Assembly: GCA_041665325.1 (NCBI GenBank) | Contig: JBAYJB010000001.1 | Location: 162,817-226,816 of the forward strand | DNA: 64,000 bases | Direction of reading: 5' to 3' | Origin: Minisyncoccota bacterium | GTDB lineage: Bacteria; Patescibacteriota; Minisyncoccia; Phycocordibacterales; PALSA-1337 | Part shown: in pieces, positions 44,578-51,349 of the stretch | Numbering within the stretch: the stretch's first letter is position 1 | How the letters are laid out: every line of letters starts with the position of its first letter | Made by a program: the position numbers and the translations under genes | Notes under the pieces: generated by a model | What the model was told of the DNA's origin: nothing | Seen by the model: the letters and a program-made list of their open reading frames with translations, nothing else | The model's database searches: none

Positions 44578-45603
44578 CTAAGCCTTGATGAGCTTGGCTT
44601 CGATCTGCGCCGGAGTGGGCACTCTGACGTCCCACACTGAACCGAACATCTGGTGCAACTTGATGACCAGATAGCTGGCATCGCTCCAACGGTGCAGGAT
44701 GGCATGGACAGCCGACCACGCAAAGGCATGATGGCCGTTGTGAGCCCCCTCACCAAGAGTGATGAGCATGACGAACCAGTTATCCCTCGACTCATCCGGG
44801 CTCTTGAAGGTCTTCTTGCCCCAGATGTGGCAGATGCTATTGACCGACCACGTGTTGTGCTGGACAAAGAACAGGCTGATGAGCCCTCCCCACAGGAAAC
44901 CGCGCCAGACGCCCAACAGAGACGATTCGTGAATGAAACCGAGCAGTGCCGGCAGGATCCCGCTTAGGACCATCCACAATACGGTGTGCCGATCGACGAA
45001 GCAGATCACCTCGTCTTTGCGGAGCCGTTCGGTACAGCCATTCTCTATAACCTGGTTCCTTGAGAACAGCCAGACGAAATGGGCGTGCCAGAATCCCTTG
45101 AAGAGAGCCAGGGGGCTCGTACCGAACATCCAGGGAGAGTGCGGGTCACCTTCAGCATCGCTGCACTGATGATGCTTGCTGTGCTTCGAGCACCAAGCAA
45201 GCGGAGTGCCCTGATACGCAGCTGAGCCGCAGGCGCCCCAGAAGATCTTGAAGGCCTTGCTGGCCTTGAACGATTCGTGGGTGAAAAGCCTATGGAAAGC
45301 GATAGTGATGCCGAGCTCTCTGAATATGCAGGAAAGGAAGAGGAGCGATAAGTAGAACAGATCGACCCCCTCTCCCCAGATCTGCCATATCCCATAGATC
45401 ACAGCCAGGAATGGAAAAATAACAAGGGCGAGGACGAATCCCCGCCCGAATCGATCGAGTGGATGATCGATATGTTCTGCTTGTGGCAGAACTAGTTGCG
45501 GAGTATTCATGCGATGAAGGAGGAACTCGAAGGTATTTCGAGGAGCTCTGTGATCATCATAACATTGAAAATTGGATTTGCCCCGTTTGTGGCGGATCGG
45601 CAC
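44578..45603 (-). CDS. Acyl-CoA/acyl-lipid delta-9-type fatty acid desaturase (possible alternative start MNTPQ at 45510)
   Basis: Three His boxes in canonical order and spacing: HRLFTH, HSKHH, HNGHHAF. 4 TM segments. Stearoyl-CoA desaturase-like layout. Confidence 0.8.
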   Translation of the reverse strand: MPIRHKRGKSNFQCYDDHRAPRNTFEFLLHRMNTPQLVLPQAEHIDHPLDRFGRGFVLALVIFPFLAVIYGIWQIWGEGVDLFYLSLLFLSCIFRELGITIAFHRLFTHESFKASKAFKIFWGACGSAAYQGTPLAWCSKHSKHHQCSDAEGDPHSPWMFGTSPLALFKGFWHAHFVWLFSRNQVIENGCTERLRKDEVICFVDRHTVLWMVLSGILPALLGFIHESSLLGVWRGFLWGGLISLFFVQHNTWSVNSICHIWGKKTFKSPDESRDNWFVMLITLGEGAHNGHHAFAWSAVHAILHRWSDASYLVIKLHQMFGSVWDVRVPTPAQIEAKLIKA

Positions 45604-45628
45604 CGAAATATGCTATCGTAACGGACAT

Positions 45629-45699
45629 CGGGGCGTAGTATAGTGGTAGTATACACGCTTCGGGTGCGTGAGGTCCGAGTTCGATTCTCGGCGCCCCGA
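45629..45699 (+). tRNA. tRNA-Pro (anticodon CGG), no encoded CCA
   Basis: CGGGGCG-TA-GTAT-AGTGGTA-GTAT-A-CACGC-TTCGGGT-GCGTG-AGGT-CCGAG-TTCGATT-CTCGG-CGCCCCG-A. Confidence 0.75.
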
Positions 45700-45730
45700 C
45701 AAGTATGGTTTAGTCATTCGCTCCTCGCTA

Positions 45731-45801
45731 GGGCCCGTAGTAAAGTGGTATTACGCGGCATTCGCATTGCCGAAGCGGGAGTCCGATTCTCCCCGGGTCC
45801 A
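45731..45801 (+). tRNA. tRNA-Ala (anticodon CGC), no encoded CCA
   Basis: GGGCCCG-TA-GTAA-AGTGGTA-TTAC-G-CGGCA-TTCGCAT-TGCCG-AAGC-GGGAG-TCCGATT-CTCCC-CGGGTCC-A. G3:U70 present. Confidence 0.75.
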
Positions 45802-45811
45802 CAAAGTAAAA

Positions 45812-45845
45812 GGCCGGACTTTGTGGGTCCGGCCTCGAGGGGATT
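45812..45845 (-). terminator. Rho-independent terminator for the small gene 45845..46096
   Basis: Minus-strand GGCCGGAC-ccacaaa-GTCCGGCC followed by TTTTACTTTG. Confidence 0.4.
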
Positions 45846-46096
45846 CAGGCTACATGCAGCTCTTTCTCAAGCTGACTCTTGAAGGCTTTAGCTTGGTCCA
45901 TGGCCTTGGCCGATTCCGAGAATTCGACCAGGAGACATTCAAGGACCATCAATTTCTCCCTGTCTTCGATCATATGAAGATCTTGCAGGGACTTTGCCAA
46001 ATTTTCCTCAAGAGTGCCTAGAACTTGCTCTAGGAACTTCATCCTAGATTCCAGATGAGAAAGCCTCTGGATTAAAAGCTTCTTTCTAAGGTTCAT
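45845..46096 (-). CDS. Small hypothetical coiled-coil protein (83 aa) between tRNA genes
   Basis: Predicted helical, lower GC than its surroundings, and an own terminator. Confidence 0.4.
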   Translation of the reverse strand: MNLRKKLLIQRLSHLESRMKFLEQVLGTLEENLAKSLQDLHMIEDREKLMVLECLLVEFSESAKAMDQAKAFKSQLEKELHVA

Positions 46097-46173
46097 ATGA
46101 AGATATTATACTACCTTATAACCTATTTGTCAAGGAGCTGAAAACCTCATTTTGCTGTATCCTTTGTGACACT

Positions 46174-46246
46174 GGGCCTGTAGCTCACCTGGTAGAGCGC
46201 CTCATTTGCAATGAGGAGGTAAGCGGTTCGAGTCCGCTCAGGTCCA
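46174..46246 (+). tRNA. tRNA-Ala (anticodon UGC), no encoded CCA
   Basis: GGGCCTG-TA-GCTC-ACCTGGTA-GAGC-G-CCTCA-TTTGCAA-TGAGG-AGGTA-AGCGG-TTCGAGT-CCGCT-CAGGTCC-A. G3:U70 present. Confidence 0.8.
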
Positions 46247-46247
46247 C

Positions 46248-46285
46248 ATACAAAAAAAAGCGCGACCGTGGTGGCCGCGCTGAAC
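46248..46285 (-). terminator. Rho-independent terminator for ORF 46301..46924
   Basis: Minus-strand AGCGCGGCC-accac-GGTCGCGCT followed by T9. Confidence 0.45.
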
Positions 46286-46300
46286 TGAAAAGAGAAGGAA

Positions 46301-46924
46301 CTAGCGATCGTTGGTGATCCGCCGATAGGCAGGCAATTCGAATTTGACCGGCTTCGCGGGCAGTGATCGCCAGGGAGAAGCCTGCGCTGGGATCCCCGAC
46401 ACCTCCGACGACGGAGCTGAATCCCCCACCATTGCCATCTCCACCAGCGGGCGTTCCGAATCCGGGTCTTCCGGCGGAACTACCGACGGATGAGGCACAC
46501 TGGGCCATTTTTCGTAATCAATACTGCCCAGAATGTCCTGGAGCTGTTTGGCTGTGGGATCACATGATTCACACACCTGCTGTCCCCTGACCTTTCTGCC
46601 TGACTTGGCCAAGGCCGAGAGTAGATGACGCTTTGGGTCCATCGGGCACTTGAACCAATTCCGGCCGAGGCGTGGAACTTGCCACGGCTCAAGGATGATG
46701 TTGTATCGGAGACAAACCCTCCAGAAACCGCCGCAAGATAGGACGAGCAATATCCAACCTGATCGTTCCCCATAGAGGCGAAGGATGAACCACGCGAACA
46801 GAAAAGCGACGACGAGAAGGCAGGAGGTGAAATCACGGAGATCATATTCCTTGAAACCGAGGTAACGCGTCGAGGCATTGATCGCCCACGCCTTGTAAGG
46901 CGCAGATATTTGCGAGAATCTCAT
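46301..46924 (-). CDS. Hypothetical membrane protein with a CPxD...CxxC zinc-ribbon-like motif
   Basis: Two TM helices, then FKCPMDPKRH...CESCDP. 207 aa. An overlapping alternative-frame ORF (46480..46878) is attributed to GC-richness. Confidence 0.4.
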   Translation of the reverse strand: MRFSQISAPYKAWAINASTRYLGFKEYDLRDFTSCLLVVAFLFAWFILRLYGERSGWILLVLSCGGFWRVCLRYNIILEPWQVPRLGRNWFKCPMDPKRHLLSALAKSGRKVRGQQVCESCDPTAKQLQDILGSIDYEKWPSVPHPSVVPPEDPDSERPLVEMAMVGDSAPSSEVSGIPAQASPWRSLPAKPVKFELPAYRRITNDR

Positions 46925-47006
46925 TTTTGAAAGATCTAAAGATCGTTGATGGTTGAAGTTGTTCCGTCTTGAAAACGGATTTCATACATTATATCACGAT
47001 GCCCTG

Positions 47007-47987
47007 TTAGTCAATCGCCAAGCGGATGATATGGTCTATGAATTCGTGCAGGTCGCTCCCCACGGCGCGCAGAGCCTTGGGCAGGAGGGATTCTTCGGTC
47101 AGACCGGGCAAGGTGTTGGTCTCCAGGACATATATGCCGCGGCGTGGATGGATGATGAAGTCCGTGCGTGAATAGTGCTTGAGCCCTAGGAGGCGATGGA
47201 CATTCTTGGCCAGCTCCTCTAGCTCATGCTTGATCTCGGCACTGAAGGTAGCCGGCACGATCTCTTCCGACTCCCCTTGGTATTTGGCGGCATAATCAAA
47301 AAAAGGATTCTTGGTACGGATCTCGATGGGCGGTAGAGCATAGAGCTCCTGCCCGCGGAATCCTTCGATCACACCGCAGGTGGCTTCTACGCCGGGGATG
47401 AATTCTTCGATCAAGATCGAATGCCCATGTTTAGCGGCTTCTTCTAGTGCCTTGACCAGGTCGGCGTGAGTCCTCGCTACAGAGACCCCGACGGAAGAAC
47501 CGCTCCCGGCTGGCTTGACGATGGCCGGCATGACGAAGGTCCGGAATAGTTCCATGGCCGCGGCATCAGGATCAATATGGACATCTTCCGAAAAGACTTC
47601 TTTCCAGTACGGGGATCGCACGCCATGCTTCTCTAGAGCTTGCTTGGTCAGGATCTTATTCATGGCCACGGCCGAGGAGAGCGAGCCAGAACCGGTAAAC
47701 GGGATATCGTGAGCTTCGAGGATCGCTTGGATCTTGCCGTCTTCCCCATAAGCACCGTGTAGGGCGTTCAGAGCGATATCGAAATGGTGGTGGGCTTCAG
47801 CCGGCGAAAATTCCCGTCCGTCAATGTGCCATTTGCCGGCGAGATCGATGAGGACATCCCGGGCTTCATAAAGATGGTCGAGCTTCGAGCGCAGAGCAGA
47901 CAAGACAGCGGCGCCGCTCTTCAGGGATACCTCGTATTCGGCGCTTGGACCGCCGCGTAACACTCCTATCCGCTTCTTGTGGTACAT
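47007..47987 (-). CDS. ddl: D-alanine--D-alanine ligase
   Basis: KRIGVLRGGPSAEYEVSLKSG N-terminus, and the ATP-grasp core (EEFIPGVEATCGVIE). 326 aa. Confidence 0.9.
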   Translation of the reverse strand: MYHKKRIGVLRGGPSAEYEVSLKSGAAVLSALRSKLDHLYEARDVLIDLAGKWHIDGREFSPAEAHHHFDIALNALHGAYGEDGKIQAILEAHDIPFTGSGSLSSAVAMNKILTKQALEKHGVRSPYWKEVFSEDVHIDPDAAAMELFRTFVMPAIVKPAGSGSSVGVSVARTHADLVKALEEAAKHGHSILIEEFIPGVEATCGVIEGFRGQELYALPPIEIRTKNPFFDYAAKYQGESEEIVPATFSAEIKHELEELAKNVHRLLGLKHYSRTDFIIHPRRGIYVLETNTLPGLTEESLLPKALRAVGSDLHEFIDHIIRLAID

Positions 47988-48088
47988 ATGAAGATTATAG
48001 CAACAAGCGAGGACTTGAGACAGCTGGCTGGCTCGTAGTCCGAGCGCCGTTGCTAAATGAGCGAAGCGAATATAGCAACTATAACCGT

Positions 48089-49312
48089 CTAAATAAATCC
48101 TTTGTTACGGCGTTGGCGATGATAGGCGATGGCGAAGCGATGAGCTTCAGCGTTCAATGCAATGATCTCCTTGCGGTATTTTTTGATTATCTCAGGACTA
48201 CCGACGAGATCGGCGGCCTTATGATGTTCGTCTTTTGTCACTGCTACCACCGGGATCGTGATCCTCCTTGAGCTCAATACAGATTCTGCATGTTCTGCCG
48301 CAACCTTGTTGCCATCAACGATGATCAGATCCGGGTATGCCCATTCAGGATGGTTCAAGCGGCGCGAAAGAACTTCGGTTAGATTGTTGATGTCGTCATT
48401 AGAGTCCTTCGCCGCCTTAAATTTTCTATATTGGGAATTATCCAACTGCCCGTTGATCGAGACGACCATGACTCCGACCGTCTCCATGCCGCCGAGATGC
48501 GCGATATCGTAAGCCTCCATCCTAAATGAGCCGGAAGGCTTAAACTGCTGGATGTTCGCTCCATGCTTCAGCAGGGCCATGTCGTTGATATGATCGAGCG
48601 CATAGAGCAATCTTTTTATCTGATCAGCCTCCTCAAAGCGCAGTTCCTTGGCGGCGGCCTTCATCTGGATCTCTAGACGCCTTCTCAGTATCTTTTTCTT
48701 GCCTTCAAAGAAAAGGATCAGGTAGTGGATAGTCCTCAAGTACCGCTTGCGAGCCACCTCGTCACTATCATGCGGCGATCTTCCAAGCGCTCGATAGAAA
48801 GCGTCGTGACGGCTATCAAAGGATTTTTTGTCCTTGAATGGAAAGAGCCGGCGCAGGATCTTCAGGGCCTCTTTGATAAGGCCGGACTCTGGGTATGGGC
48901 CGAATGCCCGCTTCACCTTGTATGGCAGATCACCTTCCTTGACTGCCTGATCAAAATCACGCGCTCGAGCCAAGAATACGCGCGGCCACTTCTCGGCTGT
49001 GATGACCACGTACTGCGAGCTCTTGTCGTCGCGCTCGTCTACGTTGTAGTAGGGCTGATAACGCTTGATCAGTTCGCTCTCAAGGATGATGGCTTCGAGG
49101 ACTGAGTCAGTCGACTCGAAAGTGACGGACTTAGACCGCGTGACCATGTCTACTATCCGTGGCCCCCTGGTGACAATGAGGTCCGCCCCAAAATAGCTGC
49201 GCACACGCGAGCGCAGAGATGTGGCTCGACCGATGTAGAGCGGGCGCTTCTTAGCGTCGCGGAATATGTATATACCAGGCGCGTCTGGGAGAACAACCTT
49301 GAGCGATTTCAT
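48089..49312 (-). CDS. uvrC: Excinuclease ABC subunit C, compact form (GIY-YIG + UVR + RNase H-like endonuclease; no C-terminal (HhH)2)
   Basis: PGIYIFRDAKKRPLYIGRATSLRSRV (GIY-YIG). EAIILESELIKRYQPYYN. UVR helix LRFEEADQIKRL. C-terminal EAYDIAHLGG...LIIVDGNKVAAEH...NAEAHRFAIAYHRQRR. The start is taken at MKSLK (4-nt overlap with tatD); the ORF-track start is 49327. Confidence 0.75.
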   Translation of the reverse strand: MKSLKVVLPDAPGIYIFRDAKKRPLYIGRATSLRSRVRSYFGADLIVTRGPRIVDMVTRSKSVTFESTDSVLEAIILESELIKRYQPYYNVDERDDKSSQYVVITAEKWPRVFLARARDFDQAVKEGDLPYKVKRAFGPYPESGLIKEALKILRRLFPFKDKKSFDSRHDAFYRALGRSPHDSDEVARKRYLRTIHYLILFFEGKKKILRRRLEIQMKAAAKELRFEEADQIKRLLYALDHINDMALLKHGANIQQFKPSGSFRMEAYDIAHLGGMETVGVMVVSINGQLDNSQYRKFKAAKDSNDDINNLTEVLSRRLNHPEWAYPDLIIVDGNKVAAEHAESVLSSRRITIPVVAVTKDEHHKAADLVGSPEIIKKYRKEIIALNAEAHRFAIAYHRQRRNKGFI

Positions 49313-50073
49313 AGCTCTATCTTCCACATTCTCCGAGCATTCGCAAGAAGCGCATCTTCTACCGTCGCTATAGGCAACCCCTTCACTCTGGCGATCTTCT
49401 CCACTACATGCGACACATAGGCCGGCTCATTGCGCTTGCCTCGGTACGGCACCGGCGTGACGAATGGGCAGTCGGTCTCGGCCTGGATCATGTCGAGCGG
49501 CACATACTCCACAAGCTCAAGGTATTGTTTGGCGAAAGTGATGACGCCGGTGAAGGAGATGGTAAACCCGAGATCAAGGAACATCTTGGCCTCCTCTATC
49601 GTACCGGCAAAGAAATGGGCGTTGCCCTTGACCTTGGCCTGGCTCCGGAGCATCTCCAGAGCGTCGCCATAAGCTTCACGGACATGGAGCATCAGCGGCT
49701 TGCCGGACTCGTTAGCTAGCTCGATCTGCGCCGCGAACGTCTCTTTTTGTCTGGCTTTGGTATCGGCTTCGAGCCGGAAATAATCGAGGCCGCACTCCCC
49801 GATACCGACGACTCTGGGGTTCTTCAGGAATTCCCTGTAGACCGCCGGATCAAAGGACTCGTCGCTGTGCGTCGGATGCAGACCAACGATGGCATATACC
49901 CCTTCTTCATATTGACCAACCATCTCGACGGCCTTTCGCGAGGTATCCGCCTGGGTCCCGACATTGATGACGGCTGTGTCCGCGGTAACGGCGCGTCGGA
50001 CCGCCTCATCGCGATCCGCGTCGAAAACGGCGAAATTCAAATGCGCATGGATGTCAATATAGCGGAAAGCCAA
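49309..50073 (-). CDS. tatD: TatD-family metal-dependent DNase
   Basis: YIDIHAHLNF (HxH), IGECGLDY, HVREA, and ETDCPF motifs. 254 aa. Confidence 0.85.
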   Translation of the reverse strand: MAFRYIDIHAHLNFAVFDADRDEAVRRAVTADTAVINVGTQADTSRKAVEMVGQYEEGVYAIVGLHPTHSDESFDPAVYREFLKNPRVVGIGECGLDYFRLEADTKARQKETFAAQIELANESGKPLMLHVREAYGDALEMLRSQAKVKGNAHFFAGTIEEAKMFLDLGFTISFTGVITFAKQYLELVEYVPLDMIQAETDCPFVTPVPYRGKRNEPAYVSHVVEKIARVKGLPIATVEDALLANARRMWKIEL

Positions 50074-50077
50074 GGAT

Positions 50078-51310
50078 TTAGATCTCGTTTATCGCGGTAC
50101 TGACCACGCGGAGAGTGGCGGAGGATGATTGCTGCGGATTCGTCCCGCTGTTGCATGCGACTGTGAAGTTGTATGTACCCACCACGGTCCCGCTATCAAG
50201 AGCAGCCGTAGTACCGCTCCAGGTGTCCGTACCGTCGCCGTTAGAAACATTATTGATGGGCATGGCCAGCCAGCCGGAACCGTCCCAATTCGTGCCTGAC
50301 TCTGGGGCGCAAGTATAATCGCTCGACATGGTGGCATTGAAAGACAGGAAGAATTGAGTGTTCTTGTTGAGGGTCGCGGTATTCTTGGTAGCCGTCGTGC
50401 CGCTCTTGGCGATCAGGAGATTGGTAGAACCGAGCGGTTGGAGGATAGTGACGACCGGACAAGAGATGCTGTTCGAGAAAGCGCCAATCGAATCCTTGAT
50501 AAGCACGTTCGGACCAGAACCGGTCGAAGAATAAGAGACGATCTTGGTGTTAGAACCAGCATAACCGGCGCCGTCCCAGTTGTATGTATATGGTCCAGTG
50601 CCGCTCGTCGGATTGGCCGTGAATGTCACCGCGGTATTCGGAGCTAAGTTGGTCGGCGGGTTCGGCACAGCCGTACAGTTGCCGGTGATCGGCTGGTTGG
50701 CGCAGTTGCCCAAGGGACAGAGCGTCACGCCGGTCGAACCGGCACCAGCGGTATTGAACTGGATCCAACCCATGACCGAACCACCCCAGGCATAACCGAC
50801 GAAGGCACCAGTCGTGGAATCCATAGTCACGCCGCCGTTGCCGCTCATATCGCTGGTCGCGTGATTGGTGCCGGACAGCTCGATCCAGCCATCCCAGCCA
50901 TCGCTCCTCGAAATCATCGAGGCACAAGTGCCGAAGACGGCACCGGCGCAAGCGCGCGCCCAGCCAGTGACCGCGCCGTTCGTAAGATTGACATTGGCGT
51001 TGCCACCAGCGGCCGGGAAGCTAGCCAAGCCGCCGAACTTGATCCAACCGAGATTGGATGACCACATATATCCGGTAATATTCCCGGAACCGTCAGCCAC
51101 AAGCTGATACGGTCCGCCCCCGGCACCCGCATCAGTCGAACTGGCCGATAGCCAGCCAGTGTTCGAAGACCAGGCCCAACCGCCGATGCCGCCGGGATTG
51201 ACAGCCGCGATGACGCTAGTTATCTGGGCGATGACCAGGAGGAAAACCAGGATGAGCACAATCGAGCCAAATTGAGAGAGAAGCTTCTTCACCTCTGTAT
51301 TGTAACGCAT
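50078..51310 (-). CDS. Hypothetical secreted/surface protein with Trp-rich G-W repeats
   Basis: N-terminal signal anchor. Repeats GWAWSSNTGWL / GYMWSSNLGWIKF / GYAWGGSVMGWIQF. Ser/Thr/Gly/Asn-rich and Cys-containing. Confidence 0.5.
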   Translation of the reverse strand: MRYNTEVKKLLSQFGSIVLILVFLLVIAQITSVIAAVNPGGIGGWAWSSNTGWLSASSTDAGAGGGPYQLVADGSGNITGYMWSSNLGWIKFGGLASFPAAGGNANVNLTNGAVTGWARACAGAVFGTCASMISRSDGWDGWIELSGTNHATSDMSGNGGVTMDSTTGAFVGYAWGGSVMGWIQFNTAGAGSTGVTLCPLGNCANQPITGNCTAVPNPPTNLAPNTAVTFTANPTSGTGPYTYNWDGAGYAGSNTKIVSYSSTGSGPNVLIKDSIGAFSNSISCPVVTILQPLGSTNLLIAKSGTTATKNTATLNKNTQFFLSFNATMSSDYTCAPESGTNWDGSGWLAMPINNVSNGDGTDTWSGTTAALDSGTVVGTYNFTVACNSGTNPQQSSSATLRVVSTAINEI

Positions 51311-51349
51311 ACTGTAGGAAACTGGGTGAATGTGTTGTGGATAAAACCG

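Noticed and set aside
46480-46878. Second minus-strand ORF (132 aa) in a different frame inside ORF 46301..46924, which might suggest a frameshifted pseudogene
   Set aside because: The longer frame gives a coherent membrane + zinc-ribbon protein with its own terminator. The overlapping frame is Ser/Arg-rich and is more likely a GC-driven spurious ORF. A genuine frameshift cannot be excluded without comparative data.
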